A stretch of 64,000 nucleotides of DNA from a bacterium (GTDB lineage Bacteria > Actinomycetota > Acidimicrobiia > Spongiisociales > ZC4RG35). A model generated the notes under the pieces. That model had not been told where the DNA came from. It searched no databases and worked only from the letters and a program-made list of their open reading frames with translations. This document shows positions 1-10,565 of this stretch, in pieces. The position numbers and the translations under genes are program-made. Location: NCBI GenBank assembly GCA_028823995.1, contig JAPPFD010000007.1, positions 9,594 through 73,593 on the forward strand, read 5' to 3'. The stretch's first letter is position 1, and the number at the start of each line of letters is the position of its first letter.

Positions 1-258
1 TTCGGGGTTCTTGGCGTATGGGGCGTTGCGGGCTTTGGCGTAGACGAAGCTCCACGTTTCGTCTGCTTGTACCCGCCTGCAGGGCAAGTTGCGGAGGGTT
101 TGGTCTTGATATTGGGCGGTGGCGTAGCCAACATCGACCAGCAGTTTGCTGGTGGTGTTCTTGGAGCATCCGACTAGGCGGCTGGTGGCTCGGACGCTCA
201 TGCCCTCGGTGAGACACTGCAAGATGAGGGCTCTTTTCTCTACCGCCAACCTGTTCAT
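1..258 (-). CDS. IS1-family transposase, N-terminal part (runs off the left edge; not in ORF track)
   Basis: Manual translation from ATG 258 gives MNRLAVEKRALILQCLTEGMSVRATSRLVGCSKNTTSKLLVDVG...RRVQADETWSFVYAKARN. This is an HTH followed by the Q-x-DE-x-W-S-F motif of IS1-type DDE transposases. Confidence 0.85.
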   Translation of the reverse strand, partial: MNRLAVEKRALILQCLTEGMSVRATSRLVGCSKNTTSKLLVDVGYATAQYQDQTLRNLPCRRVQADETWSFVYAKARNAPYAKNPE

Positions 259-266
259 ACTGCCCA

Positions 267-288
267 ATGATAGGCGGGGGGTGTGACA
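267..288 (-). promoter_or_regulatory. PafBC/RecA-NDp-like promoter of the transposase
   Basis: Minus strand reads TGTCAC-N10-TATCAT-N8-ATG, compared with the consensus TGTCGG-N10-TA-N3-T. Confidence 0.5.
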
Positions 289-309
289 GTTCTAGGGCTA
301 GGATTGAGC

Positions 310-371
310 AAGGAGCGTCGGGAAACCTATGGGGTTCTGCCAACCCCAGCCACTCATTCCCGGCGCTCCTT
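310..371. other. Long stem-loop with nested hairpin
   Basis: AAGGAGCGTCGGGAA (310-324) pairs with TTCCCGGCGCTCCTT (357-371); inner hairpin GGGGTT/AACCCC. Confidence 0.55.
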
Positions 372-422
372 CTCGTGTGGTCGTAGCCGCCGACCATCCC
401 CGACTGGCGAGGCCAGGGAAAC

Positions 423-632
423 CTATTGTGCGTGAGCGGCTTTGGATGCGATGGTAGCGATCTCCTTGCGCCTCTCCGCTGACAGTGCCTCGGTTCGGGC
501 TTTGGCGGACAGTTCGCGGCCCATCGGGGGAAGTTTGTCGATGTCCTCTTGTGTGATGGTGCCGGTGGCGAGGTCTCCGATCAGCATCGCCCGCTGGACA
601 ACATCGCCAGGGCGGCGCGGCAACTTAGCCAA
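423..632 (-). CDS. Small basic protein of the type that accompanies IS1/IS1595-like elements
   Basis: RPGDVVQRAMLIGDLATG...AKARTEALSAERRKEIA..A.KA pattern. Confidence 0.7.
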   Translation of the reverse strand: MAKLPRRPGDVVQRAMLIGDLATGTITQEDIDKLPPMGRELSAKARTEALSAERRKEIATIASKAAHAQ

Positions 633-856
633 ATCGATCTGTCCTTTCGCTTGATTGGTCTTGCTGTAATACTAACACCCTTTTCCCGTTCATGCGGCTG
701 GTAACGACTCTAGTCTGTGGGGTGTGCGACAACGCGTGTGATCCCTGTCGGGTTGCTCGCTGAATACAACAGCCCACCACCTGGTGGGCGAATAGGCGAG
801 ACCTATCACGCCACGCGTTGATCGCACAACGACCCGACGCGCAGAAAGGGCAGAGC

Positions 857-1024
857 ATGTTGGAAGCTCTTGTACTTATCGGATTCTTGGTTCTGTGGTG
901 CTATCTCGGAGCCAAGATCACCGCGAACAAAGGGCGTGGGGGTGTGGGCGGCTTCTGGCTGGGCTTTTTCCTTGGCCCCCTGGGTGTGCTGATTGCTCTT
1001 TGTCTCCGCCGAGTGGATTCATGA
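857..1024 (+). CDS. Small membrane protein (passenger)
   Basis: Two hydrophobic segments around KGRGGVGGFWLGFFLGPLGV; AAAGGG RBS; ATGA overlap with the next gene. Confidence 0.65.
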   Translation: MLEALVLIGFLVLWCYLGAKITANKGRGGVGGFWLGFFLGPLGVLIALCLRRVDS

Positions 1025-1593
1025 GCAGGAAACTACTCGCAGTTCTGGCGTTCATCTTGGGGATGACCGGCGGGGTGCTGGTAGCACAGCCCGTTCGGAC
1101 CTTCACCGATGTGCCGGAGGATCACTGGGCGCATGAGGCCGTCCAGTGGGCGGTCGCCAACGGGATCACCACCGGCAAATCCGACACCGAGTTCGGCGTG
1201 GACGATCCCCTCACCCGCGGGCAGGCCGTGGTGCTTCTCCACCGAGCCATCGAGGAGAAACCTGCACCCGCTCGAACAGCATCTGACGTTTTTTCCGGCA
1301 CCGGGAACGCCGTGGCCGGACCCGTCATGTTGGAAGAGGGACGGTATCTAGTCACCGTTACGGGAGCGACGTATGTGTACGTCTACAGCGACGGCGCGGT
1401 TGAGGACTGGGACCACTGTGATGTGTTGACCAGTGGCGGGCTGCTCGGACAAGAAAGCATTATGGTGGTGTCGGATGAACCGTCCGATTGGCGTCCATAC
1501 CAGTGCCCCGCGGGTTTGGCGTGGCTGGAAGTACGGGCAACTAGCGGGGAGTGGGAGATTCGGTTTGTTCGCCTGAACCGCCCCGCCAGCTAG
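1021..1593 (+). CDS. Secreted S-layer homology (SLH) domain protein (passenger)
   Basis: Signal peptide, then FTDVPEDHWAHEAVQWAVANGITTG...LTRGQAVVLLHR. Confidence 0.8.
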   Translation: MSRKLLAVLAFILGMTGGVLVAQPVRTFTDVPEDHWAHEAVQWAVANGITTGKSDTEFGVDDPLTRGQAVVLLHRAIEEKPAPARTASDVFSGTGNAVAGPVMLEEGRYLVTVTGATYVYVYSDGAVEDWDHCDVLTSGGLLGQESIMVVSDEPSDWRPYQCPAGLAWLEVRATSGEWEIRFVRLNRPAS

Positions 1594-1599
1594 GATTGG

Positions 1600-1631
1600 G
1601 GCTGGCTCCTGACCCGACCAGGTAGCCAGCC
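1600..1631 (+). terminator. Hairpin after SLH gene
   Basis: GGCTGGCT-CCTG...CAGG-T-AGCCAGCC. Confidence 0.4.
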
Positions 1632-1640
1632 AGTCAAATA

Positions 1641-1982
1641 ATGGCGATGCACCGGCTCCACCCGGTCACCGCCCCGAACCCACCAGACAGGAGGTGGATT
1701 GGCGAAAGAGACTACCAGATGCGCATACTCGATCTCGGAACCGACCAGATACCCGTCGGCGAGTCGATCAGCTGGGGCGACCTCCTGATGGCGTTTGAGT
1801 CACCAGGAGGCTACAAAACCGCGCCCGGACCCAACCCAGCAGACGCAGAGCGGGCCACCCCTACCCGCAACGCCAAGCGCATCGACGAACTAGAAGAAAT
1901 GGTGGACGCTCTGTTCCAAATGGTCGAAGGATTGACTCGCCAGGTCAAGGTGCTCTGGTCAGCCCGCCAGAAATCAAACTGA
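1641..1982 (+). CDS. Hypothetical protein with C-terminal coiled coil (passenger)
   Basis: 113-aa ORF whose stop lies inside the element terminus. Confidence 0.5.
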   Translation: MAMHRLHPVTAPNPPDRRWIGERDYQMRILDLGTDQIPVGESISWGDLLMAFESPGGYKTAPGPNPADAERATPTRNAKRIDELEEMVDALFQMVEGLTRQVKVLWSARQKSN

Positions 1983-1991
1983 CCCACTACC
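1971..1991. repeat. Terminal inverted repeat of IS1-family element
   Basis: AAATCAAACTGACCCACTACC (reverse complement GGTAGTGGGTCAGTTTGATTT) resembles the ends of this IS1 subgroup; the partner end is outside the window. Confidence 0.65.
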
Positions 1992-3913
1992 TACCGTTCA
2001 AAGCTTCAGGCTACATCGAGGGCGTTCCGGTCATTACGGAGCGGACACCGATAACCGGCACCATTCCGGTTGATGTCCATTACTGTGGTCGGCAGGGCAA
2101 ATACACAAGCGAAGACCTAGCCGAATTGGTCCGCTGGCTCAACGACGACATAGGTTCTCGGTTAGCCGCGGAGTCTTCAAATCTGCTGAACATGGTCTTC
2201 AACGAAGGCCTTGTCTTGTCCCCCGACATCGCATGGGACAACGTTATTTTTGGGGAGGCAGACAACTATTGCTTGGGTGAACTCTTCTGGGAGCTCTACC
2301 AGGGCCTTGTGCCACACAACACCCCTCAGACCCTCATCATTGTTGATGCTGTGCCCGGCTTTGCTGCAGGTTACGCAGGCAGCACCTTTGCGAGGGCCAC
2401 ATCACTTGATGCGCGGCGAGGGAATGTGAACGATTTCCGAGGCACCGTAGCTCACGAGTTGGGTCACACGGTGCTGGATCTGCCTCACATCTTTGTGCGG
2501 TGTGGGGCGGACACCTTGATGGTTAACACACAGACACCCGTTGCCCCTACCCGAGTCTGTGTGGCGGAAGAGTGGATTGGCGTACACGGAGAGTTCTTGG
2601 GGAAAATCGATGCGAACCTACCCAACTACGGTGATGGGCTTCTCCTCTCGTGCTACGAACGCAGAGTTCTGGGCTGGCCCGTCGGGGGAGACAGTCCTCC
2701 TTGTGTGCTACTGCCTCCTTCAGCACCGTCGGCGTCTTTGTCGTCTGTTGTTGATGACGGTTTCACTGTCAGTTGGACTCCACCGGTCTTCACAGACGAC
2801 GTACCGGTCGACGGCTACACGCTAACTGTTGCGCGCGAGGACAGCGGTGGCCTCAACGTTTACGAACGACACGACCTGTCGGCTGGCGAGAGTTCCTTCA
2901 CTGTTGATGGTTTACCAGTCGGGCGTTACTCGGTCCGTATGTGGGCCGAATCCGAATATGGATCCGGCGTCCCCTATAGGACACCGTCGCTTCCCCTTAT
3001 GCCTTCTCCGGCTTCAGTAACTGCCACCGCGATAGATTCGACATCCATCAGAGTGTCTTGGAGTCCGGTCCCCGGCGCTGCCCACTATGTCGTGTGGAAC
3101 AGCGAAGATGACCCCCCGGACATCTTTGAGATTGACGATGAGGGAAGCTTCACCTTTTTCGGTGGGACAGTTGTACGTGGCAGCACCTCGCTGGTGCTAC
3201 ACAACCGCCAACCGGACACTGAATACACCATCAAGGTACGGGCCTGTGGCTTCCAGGAGGTGTTCGGGTCGGAGGAGTGCAGCTTCGGGACGGAGGTCAC
3301 TGTTACCACGACGCCTCCCGAGCCTGGCGCCACCGCACCCGGGGCGGTCTCGTCGGTGTCGATCACCGAAGCGGGCGATGATTGGCTGGTCCTGTCATGG
3401 GACCCGGTCCCCGGCGCCACGTTCTACGAATGTGGGTACCTGACCGCCCAAAATACGTGGTTTGAAGGTCCTGGAACAGGAGACACATCCTGTGAACTGT
3501 GGTGGGACAGCCGACGGGTTCCAGCCGGCATCGGATTGGTGGCCGGCACCACTTACACGGTTGGGGTCAAGGCCTGCCAGAAACCGTTGGTCAACTGCAC
3601 TGATTGGACGACCGCCACCGCCTCGACACAGGTACTAGCTGCCGCGCCGGCGTCGTACCCGGTGTCGGTTAAAGAGGTGGGCGACACCTCGTTCACACTC
3701 TCCTGGAACCCGCCTGCGGCCGACGCCTACTACGACCTCAGGGTGGTGACCCGACTGAGCACGACGTTCCGGGTCGCCGGACGGACCCGCGACGTAACCG
3801 TACCCAACCTACAACCGAACACCAGCTACACCGTAAAGGTACGCACCTGCCGGGGCACTGGAGGCAACTGCTCGAGTTGGGTGACGATACCCGTGACCAC
3901 GCGGCGCAACTGA
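1992..3913 (+). pseudogene. Zinc metallopeptidase with four FN3 repeats, probably 5'-truncated by the IS
   Basis: HELGHTVLDLPH motif; four FN3 units (..VSW.P..Y.V.V.A/TC); frame open from the IS end to TTG 2126 with no signal peptide. Confidence 0.65.
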
Positions 3914-3952
3914 GCAGACTTCCCGTGCGTGCCGTAAGTCTGATTCTGCGAA

Positions 3953-4801
3953 TCAGTAACTGGTGAAGGTGAGCACACCCAAGCCGTAGTCGTTGGTGCT
4001 GGCAAGCGCCACCATGGTCTGATGCACGTCGCGGGCCACGTCCATGATCAGTGCTTCGCTGGCGGTGGAGTCCTGCAACCCAAACTTGGTCATCACCGAG
4101 ATGGCGTAGGGCCGGTTCGGGAGGAACACGATCCCGACGTCGCAGCGCACCCGTTCCATGCCGCCCGACTTGTTTGCAACCGCCAGGTTGGACGGGATCG
4201 CCCGGTTCAACGGCGTCGACTTGGGCTTGCCGAGGATGCGCATGACCTGGTCCGCCACCCCTGGCGAGGGCTTGCCCCGGTACAGCATCTCCATCATCGC
4301 CACCAACTCGTTGGGCGTCGAGACGTTCTCCTCGCCGCGGTCGATGGCTTCGCTGTCCATCATCTTGCGCCTCAGCCTGGTGTGTCCGAGGCCCATGTCG
4401 TCCAACAGCGCGTTGGTGGCCTCCATGCCCGCCCAGTCGATGCACATGTTGGTGGACGTGTTGTCAGACACGATGATCATCAGGATGGCGATATCCAGCA
4501 CCGACAACTCAGGCTCGCTCTCCATGTAGTGGATCACGCCGCTGCCCCTTCCGTACATCTCGGGTGTGATCCTGACACGGTCGGTGAGGTCTATCTCACC
4601 CCGTTCGGCGCGGGTCAGCAACTGCGTCAAAATGTGGATCTTGATGCTGGACGCGGTGGGGAACACCTCGTCGCCGCGGATGGAGAATCCGTCCCCGCGC
4701 TCCAGATCCAAGACCGAAACCGCCGCCACCCCTTCAAAGTCCTCGACCCTTTGACGCGAACGCTTCTCCAGACGCTCCCAGAGGCTGCTATAGCTCATCA
4801 C
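3953..4801 (-). CDS. Class A beta-lactamase-related serine hydrolase (cytoplasmic)
   Basis: TASSIK (SxxK), SDN and KSG motifs; no signal peptide. Confidence 0.85.
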   Translation of the reverse strand: MMSYSSLWERLEKRSRQRVEDFEGVAAVSVLDLERGDGFSIRGDEVFPTASSIKIHILTQLLTRAERGEIDLTDRVRITPEMYGRGSGVIHYMESEPELSVLDIAILMIIVSDNTSTNMCIDWAGMEATNALLDDMGLGHTRLRRKMMDSEAIDRGEENVSTPNELVAMMEMLYRGKPSPGVADQVMRILGKPKSTPLNRAIPSNLAVANKSGGMERVRCDVGIVFLPNRPYAISVMTKFGLQDSTASEALIMDVARDVHQTMVALASTNDYGLGVLTFTSY

Positions 4802-4887
4802 TTCTCTCCTTTGTGCTTCCGTCCCGGTGCGGCAACCGCTCCAGGGCTGTGCCCAGCCTCCCTACTCCCCCCCCAGTCCCAGCTTAA

Positions 4888-5805
4888 TCAAGCGGCGGTG
4901 GTCAGGTCGAGGAGGCGGGCGAATCGTTTGCGGGCGATGATCAGCGCCAGCAGAGTCACCACGAAGGGCAGGGCGTCGGTGATCTGCACCGGCAGTCCGT
5001 TGCCCTGGAAGCGGAACCCCAGCGCCTCGGCCAGAGCGAACAGCGCGGCGGCCGCCAGCACGCCGACCGGATGGGCCCGGCCCAGCATCACGGCCACCAC
5101 CGCCACCCATCCCCGCCCGCTCGACATGTTCTCGGCGAACTGGACCACGTTGCCCAGGGACAACTGGGCGCCGGCCAACCCGGCCAGGGCGCCGGACGCC
5201 AGAACGGCCCCGTACTTGTAGACGGTGGGGCTCACTCCCAGGGTCTCGGCGGCCAGCGGGCGTTCACCGACCCCTCTCAGGCGCAGGCCGACCGGAGTCC
5301 GGAAGAGGAAGACCCACAGGATGGGCACCAGCAACAGGGCCACATAGGTCAACAGGGTGTTATCAAAGAGCACGGGCCCGATCCACGGGATGTCCGACAG
5401 CACCGGGATAGCGATCCGGTCCAGGCCGTCGATCCGGGGATGCTGGAACACCCCCCGCACATCGAACAGCTGCGGCAATAAGAACCCGGTGAGTCCCATC
5501 GCCAGGAGGTTCAGCGCGATCCCCAGCACGATCGAGTCCCCCCGGCGGGTGACCGTGCCGTACGCCAAAGCCAGGGAGATGAGCATCCCGGCCGCAATCC
5601 CGAACACGACTCCCAGCGTCCAACTGATCGCCAGGTAGGAACCGGCCACCGCCGCGAAGGCGCCCGCCAGCATCATCCCCTCCAGGGCGATCTGGAAGAC
5701 CCCCGCCCGCTCGCAGATCATCCCGCCCAGCGCCGCCAGCAGGATGGGAATCATCGCCCGGGTGGCCGAGTCGAACAGGGCGGCGTCGAAGATCTGCTCG
5801 AACAT
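4888..5805 (-). CDS. Nucleoside/sugar ABC transporter permease
   Basis: ERAGVFQIALEG, LRLRGVGE, GRGWVAV; start MFEQIF overlaps the upstream stop. Confidence 0.9.
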   Translation of the reverse strand: MFEQIFDAALFDSATRAMIPILLAALGGMICERAGVFQIALEGMMLAGAFAAVAGSYLAISWTLGVVFGIAAGMLISLALAYGTVTRRGDSIVLGIALNLLAMGLTGFLLPQLFDVRGVFQHPRIDGLDRIAIPVLSDIPWIGPVLFDNTLLTYVALLLVPILWVFLFRTPVGLRLRGVGERPLAAETLGVSPTVYKYGAVLASGALAGLAGAQLSLGNVVQFAENMSSGRGWVAVVAVMLGRAHPVGVLAAAALFALAEALGFRFQGNGLPVQITDALPFVVTLLALIIARKRFARLLDLTTAA

Positions 5806-6899
5806 CAGACCTCCCCTACCCCGGCCGCGTCCGCTTCGCTCGGCTCGGCCCTCCGTCGCTCGCTGCGCCAGACGGAGAGTCTGCAGGCCACCGCAACGAT
5901 CACGACCGCTTGTAGAACCTGAGACAGACGCCACGAGACACCCGCATTCCGCTGCATGGCAAGACCCCCGATCTGCAGGCCAGAAAAGAACAGTCCCGTG
6001 ATGAAGATGGGGATCGGCCGGTTCACCGCCAGGAGGGAGACCAGCAGGCCCGTCCAGGCAAACCCGGCGAGCACCAGCTCTCCGTCGATGAACCGCAGGG
6101 CCTCACCGATGATGAGATGGGTTCCGATCAGTCCCCCGATGGCGCCGGCCACCACCATCACCTGGACGGTTCGCTGCTCGACATCGATCCCCCCGTAGCG
6201 GGCTGACCGCATGTTGAAGCCGGTCATCTGGGACTCATAGCCCGCCACCGACCGCGTGTACACCATCCAAAGCAGCGCCACCAGCACCATGACGAGGATC
6301 AGCGACAGGCTCACCCCTCCGAAGACCGGCATCTTCGGCATGCGGGCCGCCTCCGGGACCTGGCGGGTGGACGTGAGAGTGACCGCGTCGTCCAATAGGT
6401 GGAACCGCACCAGGTAACCGGTGACGGCCCGGGCCACGTAGTTGAGGAGAAGGCTCGTGATCAGAATGGGAAGGCGAAGCCAGGTCTGCCCGTAGGCGGG
6501 GAGCAACCCCCACACCGCACCCACTACCGCACCGGCGAGCATCGCCAGGGGGACGATCAGATACCCCGGACCGGGCACGTAGATGGCAACCATCGTTCCT
6601 GCCAGGCCGCCGATCACCATCTGACCCTCTCCCCCCAGGTTGATGATTCCCGACCGGAAGGCTATGGAGACTGCCAGGGCCATCCCGACGATCGGTACCG
6701 CCCTGCCGAGGGTGTTGCGCAATCCCGAACCGGTGACCGCGCCGGTGACCATCTCCTCCCCGGCTGCCAATGGATCGCCTCCCGTTACGGCCACGATGGC
6801 GCCAGCCAGGGCAAAGGCGAAAAAGAGGGAGAAGGTAACCGGACTGACCAGCGCCCGCCGACTCATGTCGCCAAGGAAGTCCGGGAACCGCCTAAGCAA
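5805..6899 (-). CDS. Nucleoside/sugar ABC transporter permease
   Basis: FRSGIINLGGEGQ, ITSLLLNY; start may be 6866. Confidence 0.9.
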   Translation of the reverse strand: MLRRFPDFLGDMSRRALVSPVTFSLFFAFALAGAIVAVTGGDPLAAGEEMVTGAVTGSGLRNTLGRAVPIVGMALAVSIAFRSGIINLGGEGQMVIGGLAGTMVAIYVPGPGYLIVPLAMLAGAVVGAVWGLLPAYGQTWLRLPILITSLLLNYVARAVTGYLVRFHLLDDAVTLTSTRQVPEAARMPKMPVFGGVSLSLILVMVLVALLWMVYTRSVAGYESQMTGFNMRSARYGGIDVEQRTVQVMVVAGAIGGLIGTHLIIGEALRFIDGELVLAGFAWTGLLVSLLAVNRPIPIFITGLFFSGLQIGGLAMQRNAGVSWRLSQVLQAVVIVAVACRLSVWRSERRRAEPSEADAAGVGEV

Positions 6900-8415
6900 C
6901 CGCTTTCTCCAGATGGGCGCCGGTCATGTACAAACCAATCTCCGGTTCGGCCACCTTGCTCGGATCCAGGTCGGCCACGATGCGCCCCTCGAACATCACC
7001 AGAATCCGTGTGCTCAACGCCAGTATCTCCGAGAGTTCGGCCGAAACCATCAGCACCGCCCCGCCCTGATCGCGAAACCGTACCAATTGGCCGTGGACAA
7101 ACTCGATCGCCCCGATGTCAAGGCCGCGGGTGGGCTGCTCGGCGATGAGAAGCGGGGTACCCTGCTCCATCTCTCGAGCCACCACCACCTTCTGCAGATT
7201 CCCGCCCGACAGGGTGGAAACCGGCCCCGACACGGAACCCGCTTTGATATCGAAGACCTCCACCAGTCGACGGGCCAGCCGCGCCACAGCCTGACGGTCA
7301 AACCATCCCCGGTGCTGGATACTCGGATTCCGATGATGACCCAACAGCAGATTCTCGGAGACCGAGGCCTGGCGGATCGTGCCCACCGCGTACCGATCCT
7401 CGGGGATGTATGCCAGACCGGCCGACCGCCGACCAGCCACATCGGCGCCGGTGATCTCCATTCCAACGAGACTTACCGCACCACCGTCCGTCTCTCGCAA
7501 TCCACACAGGGCCTCGATCAACTCGCTCTGCCCGTTCCCGGCCACCCCCGCTATGCCAACGATCTCTCCCGACCTGACCTCAAAGCTGGCATCGGCCACC
7601 GCCGGTCGACCATGCTCACCGATCACGGTCAGGCTGTCCACCTTTAGCACCACCTGCGCCGGTTCATGTTCGGGGGCTCTCCGATCCAGGTCCACCGCCC
7701 GACCGGTCATGTGCAGAGTGATCTCGGCAGGGTCGGTCTCGGCGGTCACCAGATCGGCCACCGCCCGGCCATTGCGAAGCACCGTCACCCGGTCGGAGAT
7801 GGCCATGACCTCTCCCAACTTGTGGGTGATGAACAGGATGGTCCCTCCTGCGTCCCGCAGTCGCCGGATCACTTCGAAAAGCTTGTCCCGCTCCTGGGGG
7901 GTGAGTACCGCAGTGGGCTCGTCCAGAATAAGCACATTGGCGTCCCGGTAGAGAGCTTTGAGTATCTCCACTCTCTGTAGCACCCCCACCGGAAGGTCCT
8001 CCACCACCGCTTCGGGGTCGACCGCCAGTCCGTACCGGTCCGCCAGTTCTCTGACCCGGGCTACGCTTGCGGCCCGGTCGATCAGCCCGCGGCGGCGGGG
8101 TTCCTGGCGGAACACCACGTTGTCGGCCACGCTCAGGGTCGGGAACAGCTTGAACGACTGATGGACCATTCCCAGGCCGGCGGCGATGGCCTCTAGGGCC
8201 GAGGAGAATTCGACCCGCTCCCCCCGTATGAAGATCTCGCCCTCGTCGGGAGGGAAGAGACCGTAGAGCAGTGACATCAGAGTGGTCTTACCCGCCCCGT
8301 TCTCACCGACTATGGCATGGATCTCCGCGGGACGCACGGCCAGGTCCACGGCGTCGTTCGCCAGGACGCCTGGGTACCGCTTCGTTATCCCGCGGAGCTC
8401 CAGCTCAAATGTCAA
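6892..8415 (-). CDS. Nucleoside/sugar ABC transporter ATP-binding protein (two NBDs)
   Basis: GENGAGKTT, LDEPT, LSGGNLQK. Confidence 0.95.
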   Translation of the reverse strand: MTFELELRGITKRYPGVLANDAVDLAVRPAEIHAIVGENGAGKTTLMSLLYGLFPPDEGEIFIRGERVEFSSALEAIAAGLGMVHQSFKLFPTLSVADNVVFRQEPRRRGLIDRAASVARVRELADRYGLAVDPEAVVEDLPVGVLQRVEILKALYRDANVLILDEPTAVLTPQERDKLFEVIRRLRDAGGTILFITHKLGEVMAISDRVTVLRNGRAVADLVTAETDPAEITLHMTGRAVDLDRRAPEHEPAQVVLKVDSLTVIGEHGRPAVADASFEVRSGEIVGIAGVAGNGQSELIEALCGLRETDGGAVSLVGMEITGADVAGRRSAGLAYIPEDRYAVGTIRQASVSENLLLGHHRNPSIQHRGWFDRQAVARLARRLVEVFDIKAGSVSGPVSTLSGGNLQKVVVAREMEQGTPLLIAEQPTRGLDIGAIEFVHGQLVRFRDQGGAVLMVSAELSEILALSTRILVMFEGRIVADLDPSKVAEPEIGLYMTGAHLEKAVA

Positions 8416-8419
8416 GTAA

Positions 8420-9451
8420 TCAACCGAAGAGGGGGTCGGGGACCACGATGTCGCCGTTGACGATGGCGTCCCGGGCGGCGCGGACCTCCGCCACGATGTC
8501 GGGATGGTCGGCGATCACGCACTGGCTTTCGGCCAGCACCTCATCCGACTCCAACGCCATCACGCCGGTGCCGCCCTCGGCCAGCCCGAAGGCCACCACC
8601 GGACCGGCGGTTCCTTCGAGGACCTGCTTCGCCAACTGCTCGACCAGCACGTCCACCAGCTTGAGGTTGTTGTCGACGATGTGTCCCGGCGCCTCGGGGC
8701 ACTGGTTGACGTCCACGCCGTAGCCCAAGAAGCCCTCCTGCTGGGCGGCCTCGAAGATGCCGCCGTTGGACCCGGCGCCCACCGCGAAGATGTGATCTGC
8801 GCCGCGGGCCGCCACCGCCAGGGCTTGCTCCTTGGCGCGGGCGGGGTCGGAGAAGGGGTTGTCTCCACCGATGAACACCTGGGTGTCGGTGATGGAGGGG
8901 TCGATGCTCTGCGCGCCCAGCGCGAAGCTGTCGGACCAGCGGTGGAGGAAGGGGATGTCGAGAGCCACCACCGAACCGATCTGCTTGGCCTCGCTGAGGC
9001 GCCCGGCCATGATGCCCAGGAGGTAGGCGCCCTCATGCTCGCGGAACACACCGCAATGCAGGTTGGGGGCCGGTTCGTCGGAACAGGCGTCGATCAGGAT
9101 GAACTGCTGGTCCGGGTTGGCCTTGGACAACTCGTCGGCCAACTCGATCAGGGTGAACGTGGTGAGTACCACGATGTCGGGCGCCTCGTCGATGGCGGCC
9201 TCGATGTTGGCGCGCCGGTCGGAGTCGTTGGTCGACTCGAATGTCTTCCAGGTGCCTCCCAACTCCTCGGCGACCCGCTGGGTGCCGACTTGCCCGAGTT
9301 CGAGGAACTTGTTGACCCCGATCGGGTTGGGCGTTACATAGATGAGGCTGGGCCCATCGGCGGCCTCTTCCTCATCACCTCCGCACGCCGAAGCCAGCAG
9401 CGCCAGCGCCGCCATCACAGCAATGCCGAGAATCATCTTGCGGTTCTTCAT
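8420..9451 (-). CDS. BMP-family ABC substrate-binding lipoprotein
   Basis: Lipobox LASAC; FREHEGAYLLG; GVDVNQ. Confidence 0.9.
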   Translation of the reverse strand: MKNRKMILGIAVMAALALLASACGGDEEEAADGPSLIYVTPNPIGVNKFLELGQVGTQRVAEELGGTWKTFESTNDSDRRANIEAAIDEAPDIVVLTTFTLIELADELSKANPDQQFILIDACSDEPAPNLHCGVFREHEGAYLLGIMAGRLSEAKQIGSVVALDIPFLHRWSDSFALGAQSIDPSITDTQVFIGGDNPFSDPARAKEQALAVAARGADHIFAVGAGSNGGIFEAAQQEGFLGYGVDVNQCPEAPGHIVDNNLKLVDVLVEQLAKQVLEGTAGPVVAFGLAEGGTGVMALESDEVLAESQCVIADHPDIVAEVRAARDAIVNGDIVVPDPLFG

Positions 9452-9455
9452 CCGA

Positions 9456-10541
<1,086 letters not shown>

Positions 10542-10551
10542 AGCAATCCTC

Positions 10552-10558
10552 TAGCCTA
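10552..10558. promoter_or_regulatory. Symmetric bidirectional -10 element
   Basis: TAGCCTA lies in the 24-bp gap between divergent ATGs at 10541 and 10566. Confidence 0.5.
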
Positions 10559-10565
10559 TAGGAAG

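Larger units (their letters stand above)
1..1991. mobile_element. IS1-family element with passenger genes (one end only)
   Basis: Transposase at 1-258, an IS1-like terminus at 1971-1991, visibly lower GC, and the host gene frame resumes right after 1991. Confidence 0.7.

Noticed and set aside
707-731. Second PafBC-like promoter in the IS (TGTCGC...TAGAGT, minus strand)
   Set aside because: Spacer is 13 nt rather than 10
3953-4801. Functional antibiotic-resistance beta-lactamase
   Set aside because: No signal peptide; fits the broader cytoplasmic serine hydrolase family
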